A DNA stretch of 64,000 bases from Giardia intestinalis (Eukaryota), in assembly GCA_000002435.2 (NCBI GenBank), contig CM018793.1; one strand, given 5' to 3'. The position numbers and the translations under genes were made by a program. Below the pieces are notes generated by a model. The model saw nothing but the letters and a program-made list of their open reading frames with translations, made no database searches and was not told the origin of the DNA. Below are positions 23,662 to 34,361 of this stretch, one piece after another. How positions within the stretch are numbered: the stretch's first letter is position 1; every line of letters starts with the position of its first letter.

Positions 23662-25698
23662 CTACTCTAATTGTTGAAGCCACTCTGGATCATCCAGCTC
23701 GGTTGCATTGGTAATATTGATCTTATAATGCGCCAAAAGGCTCTTCTGGGAGTCTGGATCCACAGTTGTTCCTAGGAGCTCTCTAAGAAACTCTGTGGCA
23801 TATGCAGAAGAAGGTAACGAAAAGCGCAATGCTAAGGACCTATAATCAGTCTTACTATCGCTGATGGTTGAAAATGGTTCCATTGTAGGTACTTCCGAGA
23901 AAACATGGGGCTGTTTCCCTGCTAGAATGTCTATATCTGTTATTCCTAAAATGTCTGTAAGAGACGCATGCCCAATCCAGCACATTTCTAGATCTTTTGG
24001 CATCACTATTAACAAACGTATGTCTCCCACTGGTACAAATGCGCGAAGCAAAGAGGAAAGCTCTTTGGGGACGATGATGCGCCGAGTCATAGTGGAAAGA
24101 AAATCAAAAGACAACCCATTGGGGAGTAACGCATCCTTATATGCCTCGTAGACATCAGCTAGCAGAGACTGGGGAAATTTAGATGCAGCATCTGCTAGTA
24201 ACTGTGTTGTTTTGGTGCCCAATAGAGGAATGGCAAGATCATTAAGAGCATACGTTCCCTTGATAAGATCGTCCGTACTAACTAGGTGAACTTTGTCCCC
24301 TATTCTAGTTGTAGCGCTCCTGACGTATACGGGATCGTTCAGGAGAAGACAGTTTGTCTCCACTTTTCTCTTTCCATTGGCTATTTCATTCTTAATTCTC
24401 GTTATACAACGTGAAGTAGCCAGGTTAAACAGATATGCCTGAAATGCATGAATGTACATAGTTTGCATCGACCTGGGAACGTGCTTTAGAAGAGCTCTCA
24501 GCGGGTCTTTTGCCTCCTTCACTAGGCGAAGAGTCGAAGTAAAGGCACCCATAGACTTTCCAGCATCATCCAACAACTTTGGTAAGCTGTCCTCAAACAT
24601 CTTGGCGTCTTTATTAGCTATAGAGATCATCACATCCTTGAATGAGCTGCAGATAGTGACTGTAGATTTAAGCTTACACTCTATGGAGCTCTTGACTATC
24701 ATCCATAATGCATCGGAATACTGACCCGATAGAATTGCTGCTCCAATACGATGTGTTCCGGTGCTTCTAGAACCGAAGCGCTGATAGCCAAAGTAATTGA
24801 TAAATCCCTGTGATTTTAAGGTAGACAATCTACGACCAATATTTTCCGTTGCTGTGTGAGGAATCCCTCGCAATATCAATTCAAACGAATTGCCCAAATG
24901 AGCTCCTAAATGCAGAGGCTCCGAAGAAAAGGAGAAGTCCCCAACCTGCAGGTACATGCCAGAACTATTGATAGACGTAGCACTCAGTACAGATGGCCAA
25001 ACACCTTTTGCACAGACTCTCTGGACAGTCGCTCCACGCTTGTCCTTCGTGCCTCTGTATGTGAAGTCGTTCACCTTACACCGAAACTGCGGGAGCATCT
25101 TAGCTACCATGCTTATAATAGCTTGCATGGTATCTAGACCTGCTTTCTCCAGAACAAAATGGGTGTATTTCTCAGAAGGGCGCGGAACCCTTGGCTTCTG
25201 AGGCTGAATTTTCAATCTGTATGTTTGCTCTCCATCACCTTCCCCTGGGTCTATCACAGTACTTGTGGCAATGTCAATGCGATTCATACTATTTAGCATA
25301 TTGTGCACAGATCTTCTTGCCTCTTTGCTTGATGGCATGGGGAAGAAGCGTGGTGATGTGGTCTCTAGCGAAACGGAAGAGGGGGCGGAATAAATTGCTG
25401 CTAGCAGCTCGCGATTTTCTGCCGAGAGATAGTCAAGCTCAGGCGCAGTTTGTATGGCTGCAGATAGCTGAACACGTTTTACTTCCGGCTCTGAAAGATA
25501 GTAGTTGTATGCATCCAATTCTGGTTCAACCGGAACTGCTGTTTCCTTCAGCCTTACACATGTTCCATCTAGATCCAGTTCTCGAACGATGAAGTCACTA
25601 TAGTACAGCTTAATAAGGGCTGGAACAGGTGTTACCTGATCAGTTAGGAGGCATGTTACGCCTATGTCAGGTGCATAGGGGGTCAGATTTAGGGTCAT
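23662..25698 (-). CDS. PUS7: tRNA/snRNA pseudouridine synthase, TruD/Pus7 family
   Basis: Catalytic motif YRGTKDKRGATVQR (GxKD) and the family signature FINYFGYQRFG. Confidence 0.85.
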   Translation of the reverse strand: MTLNLTPYAPDIGVTCLLTDQVTPVPALIKLYYSDFIVRELDLDGTCVRLKETAVPVEPELDAYNYYLSEPEVKRVQLSAAIQTAPELDYLSAENRELLAAIYSAPSSVSLETTSPRFFPMPSSKEARRSVHNMLNSMNRIDIATSTVIDPGEGDGEQTYRLKIQPQKPRVPRPSEKYTHFVLEKAGLDTMQAIISMVAKMLPQFRCKVNDFTYRGTKDKRGATVQRVCAKGVWPSVLSATSINSSGMYLQVGDFSFSSEPLHLGAHLGNSFELILRGIPHTATENIGRRLSTLKSQGFINYFGYQRFGSRSTGTHRIGAAILSGQYSDALWMIVKSSIECKLKSTVTICSSFKDVMISIANKDAKMFEDSLPKLLDDAGKSMGAFTSTLRLVKEAKDPLRALLKHVPRSMQTMYIHAFQAYLFNLATSRCITRIKNEIANGKRKVETNCLLLNDPVYVRSATTRIGDKVHLVSTDDLIKGTYALNDLAIPLLGTKTTQLLADAASKFPQSLLADVYEAYKDALLPNGLSFDFLSTMTRRIIVPKELSSLLRAFVPVGDIRLLIVMPKDLEMCWIGHASLTDILGITDIDILAGKQPHVFSEVPTMEPFSTISDSKTDYRSLALRFSLPSSAYATEFLRELLGTTVDPDSQKSLLAHYKINITNATELDDPEWLQQLE

Positions 25699-25846
25699 TT
25701 TTCTTGGCTTTTTGAGTGACGGCTAGACATACAAAGCTCCTAGTGTCATACAAAGCCTAGAGTTTACATGGAAGGAGGTTATCATGAGATAAAGGAGAGC
25801 CCATAGAGCTCTTTCTGCTCTCTCCAGGGTTGACCAGCCAGATCAT

Positions 25847-27040
25847 CTAGAACATGTCATCTATCATATCTAGCATATTGTTGTCATGTAGCTCATCATT
25901 GTGGTCCAGCTCGATCAACTCCTTAGTTGTCTTGGCCTTTTTCTGGGCATAGCTCGGCAGAATATCTCCATGTGCATACGGATTGCCCCCATTGAGCAAA
26001 TCTAGGTTGAGATCTGTTGCCCGAGTCGCTCGCTGAAGGGCGTTCCGAGCTACACTAAGTCCCTCTGTACTGGCATCATCACCTCCCACGCCTGTAGTCC
26101 CAACGAAACTTGAGGACGCAGAAGCAGCAGCTGTTGTAGGGCATGTGTTGACAAACCACGGGTGCCGGAGACAATCCTGGGCACTGAGACGCTTATTTTG
26201 ATCAAACTCAAACATACGGGAGAGAAGGTTGATGCAGTCTTCCGTGACATTGGGGAATAGATATCGGAGTTTCTCCTGCCTAGACTGCGTAGCGCGCGGA
26301 AACTTGTATCCTATTCGCTCAGCCAATGCATATCCTGCAGGCCAATCCTCTCGCGTAGGTGACCCTAGTGTCGAGGTGATCAGATTGAGCATATCTATAT
26401 CGTTAGCCCCCGGGAACAGAGGCTTCATCAGCAGTATCTCGCAGAGAATGCACGCACATGCCCATATATCGTTCTTTGCGCTGTAGCTTGAATCTTTAAG
26501 GAAAAGCTCCACTGCTCTGTACCATCTTGTTCCCACGTAGACTGTATGTGGAGGACGCTCCAAGAGGGACTTGGCACATCCGAGATCCGCTATCTTGACG
26601 CATCGTGTCCCAGTACCGTCGTCCGAAACAAGAATATTCTCACACTTAAGGTCTCTGTGCATGTAATTATTGCGGTGGATATGCTCCAAGCCTTCTAGGA
26701 TCTGCCTAACTAGGTCCTTTGCTACTAGCTCACTTATCTTGATGCCCGCAGAGCGCTGCTGAACAACGAAGTCGAACAGGTTTCCCGAGTTTATGTACTC
26801 GAAGACAAAATAGAGATCTTCCTTTTGCCGCACGACCTCCATCAGTTTTACGATGTTAGGATGCTCCTTCATTCTAATCAAGGACTTAACCTCCTTGAGA
26901 GTGACACACTCTGACCATGATTTATATTTCTGCTTCATATGCTTGATGGCAACAAGGGTTCCCTTTTTGTTTTCACGCGCTTTGTAAACTGTTCCATAGT
27001 TTCCAGAGCCGAGCTCCGTGATTACAGTGTAGTTTTCCAT
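25847..27040 (-). CDS. CMGC Ser/Thr kinase of the MAK/ICK/LF4 (RCK) family
   Basis: GSGNYGTVYKA, VAIK, KYKSWSECVTLKEVKSL (MAK: KFYSWDECMNLREVKSL), HRDLKCEN, DLG, the T-x-Y loop HTVYVGTRWYRAVE (MAK: YTDYVSTRWYRAPE) and LFPGANDID...LGSPTREDWP. Confidence 0.8.
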   Translation of the reverse strand: MENYTVITELGSGNYGTVYKARENKKGTLVAIKHMKQKYKSWSECVTLKEVKSLIRMKEHPNIVKLMEVVRQKEDLYFVFEYINSGNLFDFVVQQRSAGIKISELVAKDLVRQILEGLEHIHRNNYMHRDLKCENILVSDDGTGTRCVKIADLGCAKSLLERPPHTVYVGTRWYRAVELFLKDSSYSAKNDIWACACILCEILLMKPLFPGANDIDMLNLITSTLGSPTREDWPAGYALAERIGYKFPRATQSRQEKLRYLFPNVTEDCINLLSRMFEFDQNKRLSAQDCLRHPWFVNTCPTTAAASASSSFVGTTGVGGDDASTEGLSVARNALQRATRATDLNLDLLNGGNPYAHGDILPSYAQKKAKTTKELIELDHNDELHDNNMLDMIDDMF

Positions 27041-27108
27041 GAAGCTTCGCCTTGGAAATTCTAAATTTTAATTTCAGACAGCCTTTTTGAACTTATAAGT
27101 CACTTTTG
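27041..27108. promoter_or_regulatory. 68-bp AT-rich divergent intergenic region shared by the kinase (minus) and coiled-coil gene (plus)
   Basis: ggaaattctaaattttaatttcagacagcctttttgaacttataagtcacttttg lies between two divergent ATGs. This is the typical Giardia short AT-rich promoter. Confidence 0.5.
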
Positions 27109-29109
27109 ATGAGTAAGGCACACGCTCAACAGGCAACAAGGCAGCAACTAGATGAGCGTTCGCAGCAGGTGGAGGCCCTCATGGTTCTTTTGACGGAAAA
27201 AGATGATGAGATTTCACAGCTCAAGGGAAGGCTAGTTGACGCCGTTGCATCAGCCAAAGAAGAGCTTAGGTCTGAGGCAGAACAAAAGCTGCGGCAAAAA
27301 TTGGCCATAAAGCTTCATGCAGAGCTACGAGAAAAGATGGCACCAGACGTGCGTGCAGAGCTTAAGGAAGAGCTACGGGCCAATATTCTGACGCAGCTTT
27401 CAGAGCAGCAGATAATCAAGTATCTAGAGAGACCATTAGAAGAGCGCACCAGAGCCATTGAGGCCGAGATGGAGAATCGTATAGCAGAGCAAGTGGAGCA
27501 ACGTCTGCAGAAGGAAGTGGCGGCTCAGGTGGCAAAGGAAAAGGCTGTATTTAGGAATAAGCTCAACGAAGCAGCACGCCCCAAATCTAAAGAGTCAACG
27601 AAGGCCGAGGAACAACGGTTACGTGTGCAAATAGCTAGTCTGGAATCCAAGCATCTCTGTGAGATGCAGACTCTTACCCGCGAGGTCAGTAGCTTAAAAA
27701 AGCGCATTGCGGGGTATGAGACGACTATTGAGCTTCTTCGCAGTCAGAATACTAGTCTTGCAGCAGAACTAAGTGACACCCAGAAGGCACTGAAAATGGC
27801 TGCCGAGAGTCTGGCTGACCAGCATGAGCGAGAAGAACAGCTCAAAAACCAAATACGAACACAGCAGGCTGCGCAGCTTAATGAACCAAGTCCGATAAAT
27901 AACGATCCCCACCACGACTCCGTTGAAGAAGCAGCTTTGGCTGCTAGATCTGTCTCAACACAGGATGGTAACGAGGAGCAGTTCTATTTTATTCACAGTG
28001 CACACTCTGCCCCAGCTGCACCTGGCTTCACGTCTCTATCTCAGGAGTTGGCACCAGCGGTGGACTTGAATACAAACACCGTAGTCTATATTCCAGGAGC
28101 ACTGCATCAATCTTCCAATAACAGTTCTGATTTACCTCCTTCTGAAGAGCCCATTAAAAGAGCAGAAGAAATCTGGACCAGTGAAAACTTTGAGCAAACA
28201 AAGCAGGACATGGAGACAAAGTTACGTAACTCATGCACGAGCAGTAGAGCTGCAGATGAAGACGTTGCCTGCAATCCTGGAGATGAGCCTAAAACAGGAC
28301 CTGCCGAAACTTTTATCCTCCCATTAGTTTCAAATCTACCCGTCCATGTCTCGGGGGACATTGGGTTTAGTGCAGTGGGTGCAGTGAGCATGAGTAGCAG
28401 CACTGGTCTCGATGTTAGCTCTGGTACAAGCACGGGACCGATTGTGGAGCTTCAGCGAAGTGTTACTACTAGCGGCACATTTGGCCAAAGCAGCCTAGCG
28501 GAATACTTGCATAGCAATTCTCTTAACCATGATTCCGCTGGCTTGACCCATGAACCACCGTCTCTAGCCAAAGAACGGCCTGAAGATAAAGCTGTCACTG
28601 AGACGGTCTTGGAGAGGATTTCTCCTGACGTGGTGTTACGGAAAAACGCAGATATATCCGAGCTACAGGCAGCAATGGTTAGGCACTTCACCAACGAGCT
28701 TCGAGAGCAATCTAAGTTCATGGAGTCGTCGCCCTTGCAGATCCCGGACGGACAACTGGGGAGCTTGATCGAATCTGCGATTCAGTTCCTCTTTAAAGTA
28801 TGGGACTACATCGAGGAGGCGTTCGCCCTCAGAAATTCGTGTCTCAATGGAATACGGACTTGTTTAGACCAGGGGTCATTGGACAGCGCCCTGAAGTTGG
28901 CACAGGTTGAGCTTCTGAGATGCAGGAAAGTGAAGGAAGAATTTGGAGACATATTTGAGCTTGTTCGGGAGCGAGAGCTAAAGAAGGCCAACGAGGAGAG
29001 CACTTCGGACATTACCAGTACCCTCCAGGCAGTACTCGAAGATTGTAACACAGAACTGTTGTATCGTGGTTTTCCCTATAGCAACATAATACGTGCCGAA
29101 ACCTCATAG
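27109..29109 (+). CDS. Hypothetical coiled-coil protein (N-terminal about 250 aa heptad-rich, C-terminal Ser/Thr-rich)
   Basis: Long ORF. The track start at 27106 is a TTG and the first ATG is 27109. There is no recognisable catalytic motif. Confidence 0.55.
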   Translation: MSKAHAQQATRQQLDERSQQVEALMVLLTEKDDEISQLKGRLVDAVASAKEELRSEAEQKLRQKLAIKLHAELREKMAPDVRAELKEELRANILTQLSEQQIIKYLERPLEERTRAIEAEMENRIAEQVEQRLQKEVAAQVAKEKAVFRNKLNEAARPKSKESTKAEEQRLRVQIASLESKHLCEMQTLTREVSSLKKRIAGYETTIELLRSQNTSLAAELSDTQKALKMAAESLADQHEREEQLKNQIRTQQAAQLNEPSPINNDPHHDSVEEAALAARSVSTQDGNEEQFYFIHSAHSAPAAPGFTSLSQELAPAVDLNTNTVVYIPGALHQSSNNSSDLPPSEEPIKRAEEIWTSENFEQTKQDMETKLRNSCTSSRAADEDVACNPGDEPKTGPAETFILPLVSNLPVHVSGDIGFSAVGAVSMSSSTGLDVSSGTSTGPIVELQRSVTTSGTFGQSSLAEYLHSNSLNHDSAGLTHEPPSLAKERPEDKAVTETVLERISPDVVLRKNADISELQAAMVRHFTNELREQSKFMESSPLQIPDGQLGSLIESAIQFLFKVWDYIEEAFALRNSCLNGIRTCLDQGSLDSALKLAQVELLRCRKVKEEFGDIFELVRERELKKANEESTSDITSTLQAVLEDCNTELLYRGFPYSNIIRAETS

Positions 29110-29176
29110 GCTACCACAACTCAAGCTGCCTCCACTGGGCACAGCATTTGCAATTAATTGCAAAATTAAAACTGAC

Positions 29177-32100
29177 ATGGCTCAATCTGTCCGGGTCAAT
29201 AGCCGCGGGGAGAGCCTGAAAGCGATTGATAAACGACTTACGACTCTCCTAAATTCGGGGTACGAGTCGTTTCAGCGCTCTCTCATAATTATCGTGGGGG
29301 ATGGGGGGCTTTATCAAGTCCCTAATTTATTTAGCATCCTGAAGATGACAAGGACCTCGCAGCTTTCTATCATGTGGTGTTATGATGAGATGCCGAAGCT
29401 TTCATCGAACAAGCGGAAACGCAACAAGGAGTTCCGACAACTTAAAAACCGTGGAGAGCTGCAAGAAGAAGAACTGTCCGTAGAGGCCCAGTTCTATGCT
29501 AATACAAATATACGCTACTTGCACTATCGAGACACAGAGCTGGCCTTGGGAACTACAGTCGACATGCTTATTCTCCAAGATTTTAAGGCCCTCACACCAA
29601 ATATCATTGGCCAGACCGTTGAGTGTGTGCGCGGCGGCGGGCTTATCCTGTTCTTACTCAATAATATGCATGACCTTTCTCAGCTCCACGCAGTAGTGAT
29701 GAATTTCCACTCACGCTTTTCAAACATCAATAATCGTGAGGTGTCAAATGACTTGCATATTAAGGCACGCTTTAACTCTAGATTTATTGCATTGCTGGAG
29801 TATCTCCCACGATTTCTGCTTGTTAATGACACGCTTGAGGTGATACAGATCACCGAGGGTATTCAGAATCTGATGACAAATTTGAGTGCACAAGATGGCA
29901 GCGTTGAAAAGCGTGTTGCTGCTTTCACGGCCTATAAAAACGAACATAAGTCGTCTTCACTACTCGCAAAAACGTTCATATCTCTCTGTGCTACGCTAGA
30001 GCAGGCTAAACTTGTTATCCAGGTCCTTGAAATGTTGGATAATGTGGATAGGATACGCAAACTAGCTGACAAGAATGCCATGCTCGAAAAGGAGCCTGTT
30101 GAACGTGATGGCAAAGGGCCACGGGAGCCATCCCGCAAGCGATACTTTGTGCGCGAGAAAGAGACGTATACTCGAGAGGATATCGCAGAAAGTAGTGTTG
30201 ACCAGGATGTTGACGCATCACTAGAAGAGCAGAACGCGGGCCACGAGCTGCTTCAGACCCTCACTCAAAATGCCAATGCGTTGGCGACTGCGACGCGTTT
30301 CCCCATCTGCTCACTTATTGCGGCCAGAGGACGTGGGAAGTCAGCATCGTTAGGCTTGATTGTGGCTTTGATGATTTTCCAGGGGTACAACCATGTTCTC
30401 ATCTCTGCTCCAAATCCCATCAATGTCCAGACCGTGTTCGAATTCTGTATTATCGGCCTCAAAGCTCTTGATTATCAAGAAGCACGGGATTACACTGTAA
30501 GACGTGCGGGCCCAAAGGCAACCGACCCTATCATTGAACTTCGAATCACACGCAAGGTAAAGCAAGTTATTGCGTATATAATGCCGTCCACATTGGCTAC
30601 TTACTGCCAAGCCAACGAAAGAGCATCAAGCTCTATATTGAATTTCATTGACGCCATTCTATTGGACGAGTGTGCAGCGATACCTTTAAAGTTAGTGAGA
30701 CAGATTGTGGACAACGTTGAGGCAAATATGCTCTGCTTTATCTCCAGTACTTGCTATGGATATGAAGCATCGGGACGTGCACTGTCTCTGAAACTCCTTC
30801 ACGACCTTGAAAGAAGCGGCTCTAAGCGAGGACAGGGGCTTGTGAAATTGTCGCTGAACGAACCCATACGTTATGCCCCCAATGATAGCATCGAAAAGTG
30901 GGTTAACCAGCTTCTTTGTCTGGACCAGGTGAATGGGCTGGTAACGTCTCTTGAAGAAGGCCCCGAAATCGCTGCGTCATTTCCACAGCCTCAGTCGTGC
31001 ACCTTATACCGCGTCAACAAGGATGCCCTATTCTCTGGGCTTCCGCAATCCGAATTATTTTTGCAGACCATCTGGAGCATATTTTCTGCTTCGCACTATA
31101 AGAATTCTCCCAACGACCTCATATTGCTCTCCGACAACCCTCTGCACGAGATTTTTGTCCTGTGCCCTCCAATCACAGACTCTAAGCGAATACCAACTGT
31201 ATTGTGTGCATGTCAAATCTGCTACGAAGGAAAACTGAAGCAGAACATCGTCAAGGAGGCGCTGAGCCAGCAGAAGCGCCTAGATGGTGACATGATTGCA
31301 TGGCTCCTCTCCCAACAATTCCAAGATGTTAGTTTCTCATCTCTCAGTGGCGCCCGAGTTGTACGCATAGCGACGAATGCTTCGTACATGCGTGGAGGAT
31401 ATGGGTCTCACACTCTAGAACTGCTCTCCTCCTTTTTCAAGGGAGAGCTTCTAAATCCCACCGAAATTAAAAGGTTGGAAGCGAAAAAGAAGGAAAGGAT
31501 AGAGAAGCTTGCTAAGCAGAAGGGAATTAGTATCAATGATGCAAAACAGGAGATTGAAGCCCTTACTCCAGCCCTTCTCCAGAACTGTGGCACAGTGTAT
31601 CCGTCCGATCTCACGTGGCTCGGCGTAGGATTTGGGATTACCCTCGACTTGCTAAACTTCTGGAGGAAAAATCAGTATCTTCCAGTGTACATCCGGCAGA
31701 CGCGCAATGAGACAACCGGGGAACACACCTGCCTTATGGTCCGTAGCTTAAAGGAAAATCCATTCATCAACAACTTTGCAACTAGTTTCCGTAGCAGATT
31801 TCTACGCCTCTTGCGCTATGATTTTGCAGAACTCCCTATTGAAATTGCCTTTAAGGTCAGCTGGCCTACTAATACCGTGGCGTTGGCCCACGATGCAGAT
31901 CAAGTAGCAATACGAGCTGCCCTAACAAAGCAAGACGTGGTTCGCCTTCGAGGCTTTGTTCGGCACCAGCTCGACTTCATGGCTGTTCGGGATTTGGTGC
32001 CAATTCTTGCAGAGTTGATTTTCACTGAGAAGCTGTCTCCAGTATCTCTCTCACATGCCAGTGCACGGATTTTCCTTGGAATAGGGCTAATGAACATGCG

Positions 32101-32254
32101 GCAAATTGATGTGGCGCAGCAATTGGGCCTTGTTTCAGATGTGGCATTCAGTCAAGTGGAGTCTATCTTTACTAAAACAGTAGAGGTCCTTCTTCGCATT
32201 CTGGAGCCGCTCGTTGGCCTGGGAACAGAGCTGGGAGCTGGAGCTAGTAAATAA
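29177..32254 (+). CDS. NAT10: RNA cytidine N4-acetyltransferase NAT10/Kre33 (helicase-like P-loop plus GNAT domain)
   Basis: DKRLTTLLNSGYESFQRSLIIIVGDGG (NAT10 N-terminus), DMLILQDFKALTPNIIGQTVECVRGGGLILFLL, Walker A ARGRGKSASLGL, IDAILLDECAAIPL, and the GNAT motif RIATNASYMRGGYGS. The track ORF starts at 29093, overlapping the upstream gene. The conserved N-terminus begins at ATG 29177, preceded by aattaattgcaaaattaaaactgac. Confidence 0.9.
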   Translation: MAQSVRVNSRGESLKAIDKRLTTLLNSGYESFQRSLIIIVGDGGLYQVPNLFSILKMTRTSQLSIMWCYDEMPKLSSNKRKRNKEFRQLKNRGELQEEELSVEAQFYANTNIRYLHYRDTELALGTTVDMLILQDFKALTPNIIGQTVECVRGGGLILFLLNNMHDLSQLHAVVMNFHSRFSNINNREVSNDLHIKARFNSRFIALLEYLPRFLLVNDTLEVIQITEGIQNLMTNLSAQDGSVEKRVAAFTAYKNEHKSSSLLAKTFISLCATLEQAKLVIQVLEMLDNVDRIRKLADKNAMLEKEPVERDGKGPREPSRKRYFVREKETYTREDIAESSVDQDVDASLEEQNAGHELLQTLTQNANALATATRFPICSLIAARGRGKSASLGLIVALMIFQGYNHVLISAPNPINVQTVFEFCIIGLKALDYQEARDYTVRRAGPKATDPIIELRITRKVKQVIAYIMPSTLATYCQANERASSSILNFIDAILLDECAAIPLKLVRQIVDNVEANMLCFISSTCYGYEASGRALSLKLLHDLERSGSKRGQGLVKLSLNEPIRYAPNDSIEKWVNQLLCLDQVNGLVTSLEEGPEIAASFPQPQSCTLYRVNKDALFSGLPQSELFLQTIWSIFSASHYKNSPNDLILLSDNPLHEIFVLCPPITDSKRIPTVLCACQICYEGKLKQNIVKEALSQQKRLDGDMIAWLLSQQFQDVSFSSLSGARVVRIATNASYMRGGYGSHTLELLSSFFKGELLNPTEIKRLEAKKKERIEKLAKQKGISINDAKQEIEALTPALLQNCGTVYPSDLTWLGVGFGITLDLLNFWRKNQYLPVYIRQTRNETTGEHTCLMVRSLKENPFINNFATSFRSRFLRLLRYDFAELPIEIAFKVSWPTNTVALAHDADQVAIRAALTKQDVVRLRGFVRHQLDFMAVRDLVPILAELIFTEKLSPVSLSHASARIFLGIGLMNMRQIDVAQQLGLVSDVAFSQVESIFTKTVEVLLRILEPLVGLGTELGAGASK

Positions 32255-32281
32255 GAGTAATAAGAAAACTATTAAGAGCAC

Positions 32282-34282
32282 ATGGTAACGGCAGAACTTC
32301 TCTTTGATGCTAACTTTGAGTCCGGGAACCTCTCTACAACTGAACGCATAGACGATACAGAGTACAACGTTTTTATCAAGCCGGACTTCAACCTGAAGGT
32401 GCGCTTTTGGTTTTACTTTAGAGTGGCTAACATAACACCGAAATTGCCGTACATCTTTCACGTCCTTAGCTTTTCCAAAGGAAAGACCACCTTCTTGTCG
32501 GAGCAAACACCCCTAGTTCGGTCAACATCCCGCAACAAATGGGAGCGGATCCCCCGGAACCAGTGTTTTTACTATGCATCATCCAAGCATAAGTGCTACA
32601 CTAACAACCCTGTGCTCAGTTTTGTTTTCCAGTTTGACAAGATAGAGGACTACTTCTTTGCGTTTTCTTATCCCTTTACCTATTCTATGTTAACTAAGTT
32701 TAATAGCAGATTGATCAACCATAAGCTTCCGTTTATCCGGCTCTTCAACATTGGCAAAACGTATAATGGAAATGACTTCCCCATTCTAGTGATCAATCAA
32801 GACATTGAACGAATTCTCAATTGTTCTCCAGTATCTACCGCCGCTGCCAACGCATCCCTCCCCTCTGAGGTTCGAGATAAGCGGATCGTTTGGGTCTCTG
32901 CTCGAGTGCACCCTGGAGAGGTCCCTTCCTCGTATATTCTCCACGGCCTGCTAGAGTTTCTGATCTCTAATAGTCCAGTTGCGAAGTTTCTGCGCAGCAA
33001 AATCGTCTTTGTTCTTATACCAATGGTCAACATCGATGGCGTGATGGCTGGGTTCTATCGCGGCAGTGCAGCAGGCGTGGACTTAAACCGGACATACTAC
33101 AACCCGGACTCAAAACAGCATCCGGAAACATACATGATGAGATGTCTCTACTATGAGCTTATCGTACGTGGAAATATGCGGCCGTACAAAGCTCTTACAG
33201 GGGATGCACGTGGCGGCTCAGCCTCTCCCATGTTAGCTAACTCTCAAGAGCCCTCAGAAGAACTGGATTTATCGTTTGTTAGTCCACAGAAACTTGAGTC
33301 TGTTTTTGAAACCAATCCTCTTAATAGAATACTTTTAAAGAAGTCTATTGTACTAGATTTATACAACAATCAAACCGAGAAGCTTTTTAATACAGGTGCC
33401 AGTCCTACCGGGTTTGCAGCTAGTGTGAGCAATACTGATTTTGCTGGCAATCCTGTTAATTCTACCAGTAATAGCACCCCAACAGACAGATCACTGGAGC
33501 CGGTGCCTGAGACTTCAGAGACATCCTACGATACCGACATAGCCTCAATTTCTAGGACCAGTTCTCGATCTAATTACGGCACGGGGTATCCTGAGCAGCT
33601 ACTCTATAAGGTTTCCGAGATTTCTAATCAAGAGGCAGGAGACCTTCCTCCATCTGGCAAACAGCGAAGCACGAAAAATCTGGCGCCCATAATTAGTAAG
33701 CCTTCAGTCCCCTACCAGTTTCCTGCGCAACTTACCAACTTCTTATCGCAGGGATACAACCTTGATTTTGTTATCGATCTTCATTCCCATAGCAACATAT
33801 CTGGGGGCTTTCTGTTCGTAAACCCAGACTGTTATGCATTCAACAAGGTGAAGCGCACATCCTGCGAACTTGTCTTTCCGCTGATGCTTGCACAGAACTG
33901 TGCCACCTTCGGCGCGCTAAATAAATCCTTTAAAAGCTCCAAGGATAGGAGAGAGGGTAGCCTTCGGCGAGCGTTCATGAATCTTGGCAAGGCCTACGCC
34001 TTTGACAATTCTCCCTACGTATACTGCTTAGAGGTATCCAACAGTCATGGACCAGATCCAGCCAAAGCAGGAAAGCTCCAACAAGTTCAGTTAATTGGCA
34101 ACGAACCGAACAATGATAATGTTGAAAGCGATGACCTTTCTGCTTCTATTGACACAGATGAGACAGATAGGATCCTCTATACTCCAAGCTCATGGATGAA
34201 CATAGGTGAGAAGTTATGCCAGACGTTGTATGAGTTGTATTCGGCAAATGACCGAGAGCATGCCGGTATTGGCGTTGCCTAG
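32282..34282 (+). CDS. Cytosolic carboxypeptidase (CCP/Nna1-like M14 metallocarboxypeptidase; tubulin deglutamylase family)
   Basis: CCP N-domain FESGNL, Zn-binding ARVHPGEVPSS, PMVNIDGV, GVDLNRTY, second His DLHSHSNISGGFLF. Confidence 0.85.
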   Translation: MVTAELLFDANFESGNLSTTERIDDTEYNVFIKPDFNLKVRFWFYFRVANITPKLPYIFHVLSFSKGKTTFLSEQTPLVRSTSRNKWERIPRNQCFYYASSKHKCYTNNPVLSFVFQFDKIEDYFFAFSYPFTYSMLTKFNSRLINHKLPFIRLFNIGKTYNGNDFPILVINQDIERILNCSPVSTAAANASLPSEVRDKRIVWVSARVHPGEVPSSYILHGLLEFLISNSPVAKFLRSKIVFVLIPMVNIDGVMAGFYRGSAAGVDLNRTYYNPDSKQHPETYMMRCLYYELIVRGNMRPYKALTGDARGGSASPMLANSQEPSEELDLSFVSPQKLESVFETNPLNRILLKKSIVLDLYNNQTEKLFNTGASPTGFAASVSNTDFAGNPVNSTSNSTPTDRSLEPVPETSETSYDTDIASISRTSSRSNYGTGYPEQLLYKVSEISNQEAGDLPPSGKQRSTKNLAPIISKPSVPYQFPAQLTNFLSQGYNLDFVIDLHSHSNISGGFLFVNPDCYAFNKVKRTSCELVFPLMLAQNCATFGALNKSFKSSKDRREGSLRRAFMNLGKAYAFDNSPYVYCLEVSNSHGPDPAKAGKLQQVQLIGNEPNNDNVESDDLSASIDTDETDRILYTPSSWMNIGEKLCQTLYELYSANDREHAGIGVA

Positions 34283-34306
34283 AACACGCTAGCAAGGTCG
34301 ATGAAC

Positions 34307-34313
34307 AGTAAAC
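34307..34313 (+). terminator. Putative polyadenylation signal AGTAAAC, 25 nt after the CCP stop
   Basis: Exact motif. Confidence 0.55.
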
Positions 34314-34361
34314 TATCTGCAACACGGGAGCAAGCGGCATCTCCCATGCTAACAAAAAAAC

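Noticed and set aside
29093-29176. ORF-track start of NAT10 at 29093, overlapping the upstream gene's last codons.
   Set aside because: Several ORFs in the track start on a non-ATG (TTG) codon. The conserved NAT10 N-terminus begins at ATG 29177 with an AT-rich initiator just upstream.
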